In this document: one piece after another, positions 1 to 12,500 of the stretch
Numbering within the stretch: position 1 is the stretch's first letter
Layout: every line of letters starts with the position of its first letter
Assembly (NCBI GenBank): GCA_963829055.1
Contig: CAWHHI010000020.1
Location: forward strand, 736,001 to 800,000
Direction: 5' to 3'
From: an uncultured Gemmatimonadaceae bacterium
GTDB taxonomy: Bacteria; Gemmatimonadota; Gemmatimonadetes; Gemmatimonadales; Gemmatimonadaceae
DNA: 64,000 bases
Program-made: the position numbers and the translations under genes
The notes under the pieces: model-generated
Database searches by the model: none
What the model saw: the letters and a program-made list of their open reading frames with translations, nothing else
Told to the model about the DNA's origin: nothing

Positions 1-3000
1 TGTTCTCGAGCGGGTTCGCATCGAGCACGACGAGATCCGCGAGCTTGCCCGCCTCGATCGATCCGAGGTCCGTGCCGAGCCCGATCGCCTCGGCCCCGAA
101 GATCGTCGCGCAGCGCAGCGCGTCATGGTTCGACATGCCGCCGCTCTGCACCATCCACAGCTCCCAGTGGTAGCCGAGTCCCTGGAGCTGGCCGTGGCTG
201 CCGACGCCGATGCGCCCGCCGGCTTTCACGATCTCGTTCGCGATCTTCGCTTCCTCGACGAACGGATACTCCTCCTTCATGAACCAGCCGCCGGAGTTGC
301 CGCCACCGGGGAACGTGCTGCGCACGCGACGACGTGTTGCCGCAGCGAGCGTCTCGTACGGCGTGAAGCGGCGCAGCTTCGCGTCGCCGTAGACGTTCTC
401 GGTCGTGTAGAAGTAGTTCTCGCCCCACGGGCCGCCGTAGGAGACGATGAACGTCGGCGTGTATGTGATGCCGCTCTCGGCGAACAGCTTCACGACGTCC
501 TTGTACAGCGGGAAGATCGGCAGCGAGTGCTCCTGACCCGGATACCCATCCATGACCATCGTCAGGTCGTACCGAAAGTCGAGCGCGCCTTCGGTGGTCG
601 GCATGATCTGCTGCTCCTTCGCGGCCATGATGATCCACTGCCGCTGCTGCCGATTGCCGGCCATGTACATCTTGAGCGTCTTCGTGTCGTAGTACTGGCT
701 GTAGCGGCGCATGATGCGCCGCGCGTGCTCGAGGTCCTTGATGTCCTCGCCCTGGCCCGGGCACGTAGTTCGAGCCGAACAGCCCGGGGCCGGTCGAGTA
801 GATGCGCGGACCGACAGCCGAACCGGCCATCGACCGCATCCTCGTACGTCAGCACGTCGGTCGTGCCGGTCTGCGGATCGCGCGTTGTCGTCACGCCGTA
901 CGCGAGGTTCGCGAGATACGACCACGGCTGCTGGTGCACGCCCTGAGTCAGGCGCAGATGCGCATGCGTGTCCACGAAGCCGGGGACGATCGTCTTGCCC
1001 GTCGCGTCGATCTCGCGGGCGCCGTTCGGCACCTGCACCGTGCCCGCCGCTCCAACGGCGACGATGCGATTGTTGCGGACGACGATGTCCCCGCGCTCGA
1101 TGACCTCGTTGCCCTTCATCGTGACGACGCGCGCGTTGCGGAAGACGGACGACGCCCTCGGGAGTGTCGCGCCGCGACTTGAGGACGATGCGCGTCTCGG
1201 TCGGTTGATAGCCGCGCGGATTTCCGGCCGGGCCGGTGCCGCGCTGCGTCGTGTCCGGTCGCGCCGCCGCGGCGCCCGTCGTGTCACCTCGAGCGCGCCG
1301 AGCGGCGGCGACTGAGTCGTCGAACTGACGGGCGCGGTCGAGATCGTATACGAAGTGCGAGTTGCCGATCGACCAGTGGACGCGTTTGCCGTCAGCGCTC
1401 CAGCTCGGGAACTGCGCGCCGACGTCCGTCAGCTTCCTGGCCGGAAACTCGGCCGCCGTGGGATCGGCGAGCGAGATGGACGGTGCCTCGCCGGTGAACG
1501 GAACGGGCACGACGTAGAGGTCGTTCGAGATCTGCGCGAGTGCCTGATCGCCCGCGGGTGCCATCTCGACGACCGCCGCCGGCGCGCCAGCAGGACCACC
1601 GGGCGCGGGCTCCGGGAAGCGGGCGCCCGTCACGCGCAGGTGCGTGCGCGGGTCGCTGCCGTCCCAGCGTATCGACACCAGGCCTTCCCCCTGGCCGTAC
1701 ATGAAGATGCGCGTCGTGTCCTTCGTGAAGTGCGGACCGCTCCTGCCTAACGCGCTGGCGATGAACGTCGCCTTGCCGCCGGTGGCGGGAACCCAGATCA
1801 GCTCCGCGGCGCCGGAGAAGCCGCCGGACTCGCGAACGGTTTGGGCGGGACTGCGCAGCGCGACGACGCGCTTGCCGTCCGGCGACCACGTCGGCTGGAC
1901 GTAGAGCGCGTTGCCGGTGGTGAGCTGCACCGGCTTTCCGCCGGCGGCCGCAACCTTATAGAGGCTGCCGCCGTCGCGCGTCCACGTCACGAACGCGATC
2001 GACTGACCGTCGGGGGACCATGCGGGTTGTGCGTCGTTGCCGGTCAGGTCGGTGAGGCGACGCGGCGTGCCGGACGGGATAGTCCATCACGTACAGCTTG
2101 TCCATCGCGACGAAGGCGAGCCGCTTGCCGTCCGGCGACGGCACGGCGTCGCGGATCTGCCTAACGGTGAACTCCGGTGCGTCCTCGACCTTGTAGTTGA
2201 ACGCCAGCTTCGGACCAATGCCGATCTGCGTTCGCACGTGGAACGGAATGTTGACGCCGCGCAGGACGGGTCCGGTCGAGCGTCGCGCGCGGCGCCGCCG
2301 GCGGCCTGTGCCGTCGCGCACGTCGCGGGGACGCGCCAGATCTTGCCGCCGTACGAGACGATGATCGCCTTGGAGTCCGGCGTGAACGAGTAGCCCGGCA
2401 GTACATCGAGCGACGCGACAGATTCCTGCTCGTCGCGCTGCACGGGATACGCGAGCCAGCGCTCTTCGCTCGTCTCGAGATCGCGGATGCGAAGCCCGTC
2501 TGCGTCTCATAACGCGAGCCGTAGACGAGGTACTTCCCGTCCGGCGACAGCGCGGGGCGGAATGCCGAGCCGTAGAGATTCGCGCGCGTCTCGCGACGTC
2601 CAGTCTGCCGGTCGAACGTCATGATCTGATACTGCGGCAGGCCGGCGTTGTACTCCCATGCGGCGGAGCGCTGCGCGAACCAGATGTAGCGCTCGTCCTT
2701 GCCGAACGCGGCGCCGAGTGTGCTGACCGGGAACGCGCCGGCGAGCATGGGCTGCGGATCACGGATGAGCTGCGTGCCGGCGCCCGCGTCCTTGTGGACC
2801 ATCGATCAGCTTGGACGGTCCAATCGGGCTCTGCGCGCGCGCGACGACGATGTAGTTGCCGTCGGGCGTCCACTCGGGAGAGCGATAGCGATTGTTCTTG
2901 CCGCGCGTGATCTGCTTCGGTCTGCTTGGTCGCGACGTCGATGGTCCAGACGTTGTCGCCGCCGTCGCGATCGGACGTGAAGACGACGAGCTTGCCGTCG

Positions 3001-3311
3001 GGACTGAAGCGTGGCTGCGCGTCGAACTGCATGCCGCTCGTCAGTGCAGCGGCCTCTCCGCCCGTGCTGGGCATGGTGTAGAGGTCGCCGAGGAGATCGA
3101 AGACGATCGTCTTGCCGTCGGGGGAGACGTCGACGGAGAGCCAGGACCCTTCGTCGGTGTCGATGCTGATGTTTCGCGCGGGGTCGAGCGCGAGGTCGCG
3201 GCCGCGCGGCGGTTGGGCTGCCGGAGCGGCGGCGGTGCGGGCGGAGTCTTGCGCGGATGCCGGGGACGCCACAGCGAGCGCGAGTGACGCGAGAACGACG
3301 CGGGAGAGCAT
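1..3311 (-). CDS. Secreted TolB/PD40 beta-propeller plus amidohydrolase fusion (runs off left edge; several frameshifts)
   Basis: Signal peptide MLSRVVLASLALAVASPASA; repeated SPDGK motifs; PGFVDTHAH; GSHGQLQGLGYHWE; GSIEAGKLADLVVL; GAGG RBS before ATG 3311; pieces spread over several frames. Confidence 0.85.
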
Positions 3312-3427
3312 AACCACCTCGGAGGAAGCGCGTGTGGGCTCCCAAGATGGTCGTTGGTCGCGGGTGGTGGAAGAAGCAGGCGTGCGGAACCTATTGCTCC
3401 CATATTGGGAGCGGTGTACGCTTCGTC

Positions 3428-3730
3428 ATGCGGGTGATCGCCAAGCGTACGCTCAGAGAATTCTGGGAGCGACACCCCAGGAACGCGGCAGCGAAGACGC
3501 CGCTGCAGGATTGGTACGCCCAGGCGTCAGCGGCTGATTGGGCTACGCCGGCAGCTGTCAAAGCCCAATTTGGCGATGCTTCGATTCTTCGCGCGGGCCG
3601 GGTCGTCTTCAATGTTGCCGGCAACAAGTACCGCCTCGTTGTGAAGATCAACTACCCGTACCGGGTCGTCTACGTGCGTTTCGTCGGAACGCACGAGGAG
3701 TACGATCGGATAGACGCCAACACGGTCTAG
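3428..3730 (+). CDS. higB: HigB-family toxin (type II TA)
   Basis: MRVIAKRTLREFWERHP...RVVFNVAGNKYRLVVKINY...FVGTHEEYDRIDA is the typical HigB pattern. Confidence 0.9.
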   Translation: MRVIAKRTLREFWERHPRNAAAKTPLQDWYAQASAADWATPAAVKAQFGDASILRAGRVVFNVAGNKYRLVVKINYPYRVVYVRFVGTHEEYDRIDANTV

Positions 3731-3756
3731 TCGCGTCTGCGACGTACAGGAGCCCT

Positions 3757-4185
3757 ATGAAGATTGCGCCGATCAAATCAGAGTTGGACTACGATGCCGC
3801 GCTCGCGGAGATCGATCGACTCATGGATGCCGAGCCGAACACATTGCGCGGCGACCGCCTCGATGTGCTCGTCACGCTCGTCGAAGCGTACGAGGCGAAG
3901 CGATGGGTGATCGACCCCCCGGACCCGATCGACGCAATCAAGCTCCGCATGGAACAGCGCGGGCTCACTCGACGCGACCTGCAGCGCATCCTGGGCTCAC
4001 GCGGCCGTGTTTCGGAGATTCTGAACCGCCGGCGGGCGCTCAGCGTCGAGATGATGCGCCGGTTGCATCAGGAACTGGCGATTCCCGCGGAGAGCTTCCT
4101 TCGGGTTCCGTCGGCGCCGGTCGGCGCCAAGCGCGGGCGAATCGCGCGTGGCACGAAGGGCTCAGCGAAGCGCGTGCGGCGGTAG
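3757..4185 (+). CDS. higA: HigA-family HTH antitoxin
   Basis: MKIAPIKSELDYDAALAEIDRL...LVEAYE...PDPIDAIKLRMEQRGL...GRVSEILNRRRALS; AGGAG RBS; follows higB. Confidence 0.9.
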   Translation: MKIAPIKSELDYDAALAEIDRLMDAEPNTLRGDRLDVLVTLVEAYEAKRWVIDPPDPIDAIKLRMEQRGLTRRDLQRILGSRGRVSEILNRRRALSVEMMRRLHQELAIPAESFLRVPSAPVGAKRGRIARGTKGSAKRVRR

Positions 4186-4204
4186 AAGCGACGGAGGCGA
4201 GCAC

Positions 4205-5581
4205 CTAACGGCTCTCCGCCACTCGCCGACCGGGCACTCGGCTCGCCACGAACGACCGGATCTCCCGCACCATCAGGTCGTTCAACTTCTCGACCTGATA
4301 CCCCGTGATGTCCGGCTCCTCGTGCGAGTCGCCCACGCCGGAATCATCGGTGAGGAAGACGTACTTCCCACCCGTCATCACCGCCATCGCGCGGAACAGA
4401 AACTCCGTCGGCTTGTCCACGCCGCTCGCGGCGACGGGGAAGATCGCGACGCCCTTCGCGGCGGCATCCTCGATGGCTTCGTGATACGTGTAGTCGGCGC
4501 CGGCGTAGCGCTGCGGCGGCGCGTCCGCGAGCAGGAACAGCATCTGAGGAATCGCGTCACGCGACCAGCTCTGTCGCATCATCGCCTCGAGGCCGGCATT
4601 CATGTCTTCGGGATAGTCGCCACCACCGCCCGCCGCCGTGCCCGCGATGAACGACACCGCGTCGTCCACGCTGCGCGTGAATGGCAGGGACTTCGTGATG
4701 AAGTCATCACCGCGGTCGCGGTAGAACACGACGGACAATCGAATGTCGAGATCGGGCTCGGTCCCGCGCACTCGGCGCACGATGTCCTTGATCTCGCTCT
4801 GCAGGAACGTCATCTCGTCGCCCATCGAGCCGGTGGCGTCGACGAGAAATCCAATGTCGACCGCCCGGCGCGGCGAACGGGCGCGCGACTCACGCGCTGG
4901 TCGAATGTTGGTCTGGCCAACATTCAGGTCCCACGGGTTCCAGGAGTTCTGACGCGCACGCTCGAGGAAGCGCGTGTACTGCGGCCAGTGCTGCGCGTCA
5001 TCCCAGACCGCCGCCGTCAGCACGCCCGGAGCCGGATCCTGACGCACGCCGCTGGCCCGACCGGCGTGACCACCGTCGCGACGCGTCTTGCTCATCAGCG
5101 CGGCAGTCGGCGCGCTCGGCGCATAAGAGTCGGACGCGGCTGCCGCGTCACGACGCGCCACGACGTCCGTCGCCCGCTTTCGCGAGACGTCTGGGGCGCC
5201 CCTATCGGTCGTGGTCGCGGTACCGGTGACGACCACACTCTCGAGGTGCAGCGTCGCCGGCTCGAGCACGAAGTCCACGGTGATGGCCTCTCCGCGAATC
5301 GCGATCCGGCGCTCCGTCCGCTGGAACCCAATGCTCCGAGCGACGACGGTCACCGAGTCCGGCTTGTCAGGCACGCCTCGCGGGATCTCGAACCGATAGC
5401 GGCCGTTGTCGTTGGTCTGAGCACTGAGCTTCGTGCCCACGACCTGGATCACGGCGCCTTGAAGCGGGCGCCCGCGCTCGACGCGCACGGTACCGGTGAT
5501 GACGGTCTGAGACAGCGCTGGAGCTGTAGTGAAACCGAGCAGCGCGAGTGCGCCGAAGCGACGCACGAGATTCGCGGACAT
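4205..5581 (-). CDS. Secreted protein with carboxypeptidase-regulatory-like domain and C-terminal VWA domain
   Basis: Signal peptide; ITGTV...TNDNGRYRF...ARSIGF; MIDAS motif DATGSM; GGGDYPED. Confidence 0.8.
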   Translation of the reverse strand: MSANLVRRFGALALLGFTTAPALSQTVITGTVRVERGRPLQGAVIQVVGTKLSAQTNDNGRYRFEIPRGVPDKPDSVTVVARSIGFQRTERRIAIRGEAITVDFVLEPATLHLESVVVTGTATTTDRGAPDVSRKRATDVVARRDAAAASDSYAPSAPTAALMSKTRRDGGHAGRASGVRQDPAPGVLTAAVWDDAQHWPQYTRFLERARQNSWNPWDLNVGQTNIRPARESRARSPRRAVDIGFLVDATGSMGDEMTFLQSEIKDIVRRVRGTEPDLDIRLSVVFYRDRGDDFITKSLPFTRSVDDAVSFIAGTAAGGGGDYPEDMNAGLEAMMRQSWSRDAIPQMLFLLADAPPQRYAGADYTYHEAIEDAAAKGVAIFPVAASGVDKPTEFLFRAMAVMTGGKYVFLTDDSGVGDSHEEPDITGYQVEKLNDLMVREIRSFVASRVPGRRVAESR

Positions 5582-5934
5582 TGGGGCTCCCCTGGAGTAG
5601 TCACAAGGGAGACGTCACCCGAGCTGCTGCTTGCACAGCCGGCGCTACATCCAGATCAAAGGTACGTCGGGCAATACCCGGGATTATCCGAAATCGCGCA
5701 CGAGGCCTGGCCAGTCACTCAGCACGCCAGCATTGAGTACGAGGTGTCAGGCATCAGTCTCCGAGCCCAGTCGGCAGTCCGCCGCGACCCGAGCTTGATC
5801 CCACGCGCGACGGAGCCGGCGGATACGGGACCTGATGCCTGACACCTGCTGCTGAGCAGTCGCTGACGCACTTGGTACTGGCCATGCCGCCGCCGGACGC
5901 CTTGAACGTTCTCGGCACGAGCCGCTGCCGAGCT

Positions 5935-6466
5935 TCACGCGCGCGCGGGCCGCCGTCTCGTCACCAGGTTCAGGATCCCTCCGACGACTCGCAACCGCGA
6001 GCACTCCCCACGTGATCGCTGGCGTCCATGTGGCCGTGATGCCGAGCAATGCGTCGAGTGAGTAGGGGCCGAACCCTGTGAGCGCCAGCCCGAACGCGCC
6101 CGTCGCGTACAGCAGCGGCAGCTCGATCCCGTTCGAGGTCGCGAACAGGCCATGCTCCCAGTGCACGCTGATCGCCGCGACGAGCATCACGGAGATCATG
6201 ACCGCCGGTCCGACCGGCCCGAGGAAACCCAGCGCGATGAGAAGCCCGCTCCCGAGCTCGCCGATCGATGCTATCGACGCGAATGCCCGACCGGGGCGAA
6301 AGCCGAGCTGCACGAAGAACTCGCCGGTCGTGTGAAGCCCGTAGCCGCCGAACCAGCCGAAGAGCTTCTGAGTACCGTGTGCCGCCATGAGTAAGCCAAG
6401 CACCAACCGCGCGATCAGCAGTCCAATGCCGGCCATCCGAGGGTCGGCCGCAAACGATGTATCCAT
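5935..6466 (-). CDS. DoxX-family membrane protein (frameshift near 3' end)
   Basis: RLVLGLLMAAHGTQKLFGWFGGYG...GIELPLLY...GFGPYSLDALL. Confidence 0.85.
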
Positions 6467-6524
6467 AAGAACACTTCCTCCTCCGACTGTTTGCACGCGG
6501 GCTTTGGTACCTTTTGCGGCCCAG

Positions 6525-6539
6525 GTTACGTTCCGTAAC
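6525..6539. promoter_or_regulatory. Inverted repeat GTTAC-N5-GTAAC, candidate HxlR-family operator
   Basis: gttacgttccgtaac lies between the divergent doxX-like and hxlR-like genes. Confidence 0.45.
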
Positions 6540-6613
6540 TACCGCAAGCTATGATCGCCAGTCGGCCGCGAAAAGAACGCACCGGAACGTGCCTCAGTGA
6601 CGTCGGAGTAACC

Positions 6614-7036
6614 ATGACGCCGGAAACCGAACGCACCGCCACCAACTGCCGCGCGCGCGAGATGCTCGTCCGCGTCGCCGACAAGTGGTCGATGTACGTC
6701 ATCCACGTTCTCGCGCACGAGGGCCCGCTCCGGTTCAGCGACCTGCGCCGTCGCGTGGATGGCGTGAGCCAGCGCATGCTCACCGTCACGCTGCGCGGAC
6801 TGGAGCGCGACGGCCTGGTCAGCCGCACCATGTATCCGGAGATGCCGCCCCGCGTCGAGTACGCGCTCACGCCGTTAGGCGCGACGCTCCGCGAGATCGT
6901 GCGCGCGCTGATCGACTGGTCCGGCGCACACCTGGCGGAGGTCGACGCGGCGCGGGCCCGCTACGACTCGCAGGAGAAGCAGTGGGCGACGACCGACGAG
7001 CGGGCGATGCGCGGAGTGCCGTCAGGCCGTGCCTGA
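6614..7036 (+). CDS. HxlR-family winged-helix regulator
   Basis: C-RAREMLVRVADKWS...LRFSDLRR...VSQRMLTVTLRGLERDGLV...PPRVEYALTPLG; GGAG RBS. Confidence 0.9.
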   Translation: MTPETERTATNCRAREMLVRVADKWSMYVIHVLAHEGPLRFSDLRRRVDGVSQRMLTVTLRGLERDGLVSRTMYPEMPPRVEYALTPLGATLREIVRALIDWSGAHLAEVDAARARYDSQEKQWATTDERAMRGVPSGRA

Positions 7037-7049
7037 TGGGCGACGACGC

Positions 7050-9466
7050 CTAACGGGCGGCATCACCAGCCCGAACGCGACGACCAACAGCGACAGCGAT
7101 GGTCACGAGGCGTCCGCGCGCGTACGCACGGCCCGCGTACTGGACGACGAGCTCCCGCGCCCCAGCGGGAACCGGCACCGTGATCAGCGTCCCGTCGCCG
7201 CGCAGCACAGGCGCCGGGCGCCCGTCCACCATAGCGAGCCACTCGGAGTCCCAGTTCTCGCTCACGAGTACGTAGCCGGCCGATGGCGTGCCACTGCCTA
7301 ACCGCATTCGCATCGCACCGGGCTTCCAGTCCGCGAACGTGACCGCGAGATCAGACGCGGGCGGGAGCGGATTCGGGATGGCGCCCGGCGCCATCCCGGC
7401 CACCGTATCGAGTAAGACCAACCGATTCACGTCGAACCGCTGATCGAGTACAGTCGCCGGCGTCTGCGCCGGGGACGTCGGCGCCGCGGCCGCGGTGATG
7501 AACCGCGCGTACGGGATGGGTTGCACCCGCTCGAAGAGCGCCGCCGGCGCGCCCGACGAGGCCGACACGTTCGACAGCGTCTTCCGAAATCCGGGAAGCG
7601 AGTCCGGCACGGCGGCGTTCTGCACGATGAGATAGTTGACCGCGAACAGGTTCAGGATCTGCGGGTCACCCGCGCGCGCAAACGTTAGGCTCGAGCCCTG
7701 CCGCTCGTTCAGCACGTCGAATGCGTGCGGCTCGTTGCCGTGATGACCGTAGAGTTGCGAGATGTCATCAGCCATGAGCGCTGCGCCCGGATACACCGAG
7801 GGCACACCATTGTAGTCCACGTCCCACACGCGAAACGGCCGCGCGACGCTACGCAGTCGTGCCTTGATCGCGTCGCCGCCAAACAGCTCGTCCTGCACGT
7901 TGCTGTAGTTCCAGAACGCACGCGCGTTGAGCCAGAGGTCGGTGCCGACGATCGCGATGAGTGCCATGCCCCACACGCCAGCGCCGATCTTCCCGCGCTG
8001 TCGCGCCAGCGCGAGCCCGCCAACCACCGCGAGCGCGAGCCCCGCGAACAGCGCGCTCCACTGAATGGTCCGAGCGGCCGCCGCCCCCATCGCGCCCCGC
8101 TGCGGCAACCCCATCGCCTCGACCCCTCGACCTAACGATTCGGCGATTGCGCCAAGGACCCCAGTCAGCCCGAAAATGGCGACGAGCAGCCCGGCGACGA
8201 GCGCCGCGGGCACGAACCGCCGTGACGCGCCGGCGGCCACGCGGTCCACACCGAACGCCGCGAACACCGCCGTGACGAACGCGACGATGAACAGCGCCAT
8301 GCCCGGCGCGCGCATCGACTTCGAGAACGGCACGAGCTCCCACCAGAGCCGGAAGAACGGCGTAGCGGAGCCGAGCGCGATGAGCATGAACAGGAGGCCG
8401 ATCCCGCCGAGCCAGAGGATCATCCGCCGTCGCTCCCTGTCGGCCACGCCCGACAGCAGCGAGCGCGACCACGAGCAGGCCGAGATACTCGGAGTGCAGC
8501 TTCAACCCGTTAGGCCCCCAGTAGCTCTCGTTGAACGACTCGCCGGTGAAGCGCGGGATCACGAGCTCCGGCACGTGCGCCCAGGGAAACGCGTACGCCG
8601 CGGACCACTGGAAGTCGTGCAGCACCGACGCGTCGCGCGGCGAGTACGGGATGTAGGCGTAGAACGGCATGTACTGGATGGCGCTCACGCCAACGCCCAG
8701 GACCACCGCTGCCGGCGGCCAGCGCGAGCGCGACGACGCGGTCGCGCGGCGTCCGCGTCGACCCTTCACCGAACACGAGGAAGAGCGTGAATATCCCTGC
8801 CGCGAGCAGCGCGTACTGCGCCATCTGCGGGTGCGGGCTGAGCATGATGAGCCCGACCGCGAGCGCGACCAGCGCGTATCCCTCGACCCGCCTGTCCCGG
8901 ATGCCGAGCGTGAGGCCGAGGAGCGCGAGGGGGAGCATCGTCGTGACGAACAGCTTCCCGTCGTGCCCGGGACTCACGTACGACCCGATGACGCCGGCGA
9001 GCTGGTACGCGAGTCCGCCGACGACTGCGCCTGTCCACGATACGCGCCAACGGCGCAGGAACCAGTACGTGAACAGCCCGGCCAACACGTAGTGCACGAC
9101 GAACCCGAGGTTCATCGCGATGTGCGTCGGCATAACGAGACGCAGCCACGCGGTTGGGTAGAGCACGTCGCCGTTCATGCCGCCGACGAATGGCATGCCG
9201 CCGAAGATCTCGGGATTCCACAGGGGGACGTGGCCGAGCTTCTTCCACCATTCAGCGGCCCACGCGCGGTATGCGTAGCCTGACGAGTACTGGTCGTTGA
9301 ACGGCGACGCGAGGAACGCGCCGGAGAGCATCGGGATCGACAGGATCGCGATCCAGAGCGCGAAGCAGCCCGTGGCGGCGAGCGCGGGATGCCGGGGCTC
9401 GAATGCGGTGCTCGTGGTGCTCGCCGGCGCCTTCTTCGGCGATGCGTGCTTGTTTCGTCGCGGCAT
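7050..9466 (-). CDS. YfhO-like polytopic membrane protein (GT-C-like); frameshifted
   Basis: PLWNPEIFGGMPF, many TM segments, C-terminal YVLVSENWDSEWLAMVDG; three frames join near 8700 and 8450. Confidence 0.75.
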
Positions 9467-9571
9467 CTCTACTCGCAGTTGGCTTTCGACCACTGAGTTC
9501 CGTCCGTAACATACCCGCGCGCCCTCCGCGCTCGGCTCCTGCCCTCTCGGCCTCTTCATACAACTCCGCTC

Positions 9572-12500
9572 ATGCATCGCGTCGTCACTACCGTCTTCGC
9601 ATTCGTCGCTTTCGCCGCGCCTTCGCTCTCGCTGCACGCGCAGACACCCGCGCCGCCAGCGCGTCAGGTCGCCGCGCGCGACCCGATGCAGGAGGGCCTG
9701 CCACTGCGCCCAGGCCGCACGCTCACGTTCACGACGAACGTGGGACAGTGGATGTCGGTGGACGTGTCGCCGGACGGCCAGACGCTGGTGTTCGACTTGT
9801 TAGGCGATCTGTACACAATGCCGATGGCGGGTGGGACGGCGACGCCGCTCACGCGCGGCATGGCGTTCGACGGGCAGCCAAGGTGGTCGCCGGACGGCAA
9901 ACGAATAGTGTTCGTGAGCGACCGCGACGGCGGCTGGAACCTGTGGACCATCTCCGCCGACAAGCGCGACACCGCGCAGGTGACGCGCGGGAAGACGAAC
10001 AACTACTTCTCGCCCGAGTGGACACCGGACGGGAAGTACATCGTCGCGACGCGCGGCACGAAGCTGTGGATGTATCACGCCGACGGCGGCAGCGGACAGC
10101 AGCTCATCCGTCCGCAGCCTGGGCAAGCTGGCGGCGCGCCTGGCGGTCCGGGCGGACCACCGGGCGGCGCCGACAACACTCGGCAGATGGGCGCCGCGTT
10201 CGGCAACGACGGCCGTTGGCTCTGGTACGCGCAGCGCGCCGGCAATTCCGGCTACAACACCGCGATGGGCGACTGGCAGCTCTACGTCTACGATCGCGAG
10301 ACGGGGCGTGCGGTGTCGCGCACGAATCGCTGGGGATCGGCGTTTCGTCCGGCGCTGTCGCCTGACGGAAAGTGGCTCGTGTACGGCACGCGTCACGTGG
10401 ACTCCACGCGCGTCCGCGTGCGCAACCTCGAGACGGGGGACGAGCGCTGGCTCGTGATGAACGCGCAGCGTGACGACATCGAGTCGTCGTCCGCGCTCGA
10501 CACGTACCCGGGCATGTCGTTCACGCCTGACTCGAAGTTCATCGTGACGACGTGGAATGGTCGTCTCTGGAAGACGCCCATCGATGGCAGCGCGCCGCAG
10601 GAGATCCCGTTCCAGGCGAACGTCGTGCAGGCGTTAGGTCCCGAGGTGAAGTTCGAGTACCCGATCGCGGACTCCGCGACGTTCATCGCGAAGCAGATCC
10701 GTGATGCGGTGCCGAGCCCTGACGGGAAGCGGCTCGCGTTCATCGCGATGGATCGCCTGTACGTGATGGACCTGCCGGCGATGCCCGTGGCTGCCGCGGA
10801 CGGCAACAGTGCCGGAGCGCCACGCGGTGCGTCTCCGCAGGCGCCGAGTCCCCAGTCCCCAGTCTCCAGTCCCCGCCGCCTGACCGACATGGACATCGGC
10901 GAGTTCGAGCCGACATGGTCCCCCGACGGGCAGTGGCTCGCGTACACGACGTGGTCCGACACGGGTGGCGGTCACATGTACAAGGCGCGCGTCGACGGCC
11001 GCACGAAGCCACAGCGCCTAACGAAGGCCGCTGCCTACTACGCCGAGCCGGTGTGGGCGCCCGATGGAAAGCGCATCGTGGCGATGCGGGCCGCGAACCG
11101 CGCGTTCAACGAGACGCTCGCGCGCGGGCTCGAGGATGCGGACGACATCGTTGCCATACCGGCCGCCGGTGGTGAAGCAACGCTCATCGCGCCGGCCGGT
11201 GGTCTCGCGAATCCGCATTTCACGAACGACTCGTCGCGCATCTTCCTGTATGGTGGCGGACGGCTGGCGTCGATGCGCTGGGACGGCACCGACGTGAAGT
11301 CGCATCTGCGCGTGGTGGGAGCCCCGGCTCCGGGCGGCGGTGGTGGCCCGGGCGGTGGTCCCGGCGGCGGTGGCCCACCGGCGAGCCTCGTCATCATGGC
11401 TCCGCAGGGCGACCAGGCGATCGCGCTCGTGAGCAGTGACATATATGTCGTGACCGTGCCCGTGTTAGGCGGCACGGAGCCCACGATCACCGTTGGCGGC
11501 GCGCCTGACGCGACGACGTTCCCGGCGCGCAAGCTCACTGACATCGGTGGGCAGTTCCCGGCGTGGTCGCATGACGCGAAGCGCGTGCACTGGTCGATGG
11601 GCAACGCGCACGCGGTCTACGATCTCGAGAGGGCGAAGGCGTTTGATGATTCAGTGAGGAGCAGCGGAAGGCGGACGGAGGAAGGCGGAAGGCGGGACAG
11701 CGACGGCCAACGACTCCACATCACGAGGCGCCAGTGGCGCTACGCCCTCCGCCGTCCGCCCTCCGCCTTCCTACAAGCCCGCCGAATTCCGGGTTCGAGT
11801 GGTCGGCCAGCGCGACATTCCCAAGGGTGTCGCGGTGCTGAGAGGCGCACGCGTCGTGACGATGAAGGGGAACGAAGTCATCGAGAACGCGGACGTCGTC
11901 ATCCGCGACAACCGCATCGCCGCCATCGGCGCGCGCGGTCAGGTGACGGTACCGAACGACGCTCGCATCATCGACGTGGCAGGCAAGACCATCGTGCCGG
12001 GCTTCGTGGACACGCACGCGCATCTCCGGCCGTCGTACGAGCTGCATCGCGGGCAGATCTGGTCGTACGCGGCGAACCTCGCGTACGGCGTGACGACATC
12101 GCGCGATCCACAGACGTTCACGACCGATGTGTTCTCGTACGAGGATCAGTCGATCGCCGGCAACATTCTCTCGCCGCGCATCTACTCCACCGGCCCCGGC
12201 ATCTTTGGCGCCGGCAATCCGAACGGCCAGAACATCCGCAACCTCGAAGATGCGCGCACGGTCGTGAAGCGTTATGCGGACTACTACGACACGAAGACCG
12301 TCAAGCAGTACGGCACGGGCAATCGCGAGGTGCGGCAGTGGTTGATCCAGGCGGCGCGCGAGCACAAGCTCATGCCGACGCTCGAGGGCGGACTCGACTA
12401 CAAGAAGAACATCACGGAGATCGTGGACGGGTACTCGGGGCTCGAGCACACGCTGCCCACGTTCCCGACGCAGCCGGATGCGCTGCGCCTGATGGCGTTC

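Noticed and set aside
4148..5842. Long Arg/Ala-rich ORFs antisense to real genes (also 14153-15952, 34789-36360, 38602-39888, 47940-49292)
   Set aside because: Shadow or off-frame ORFs expected at high GC; no independent protein motifs.
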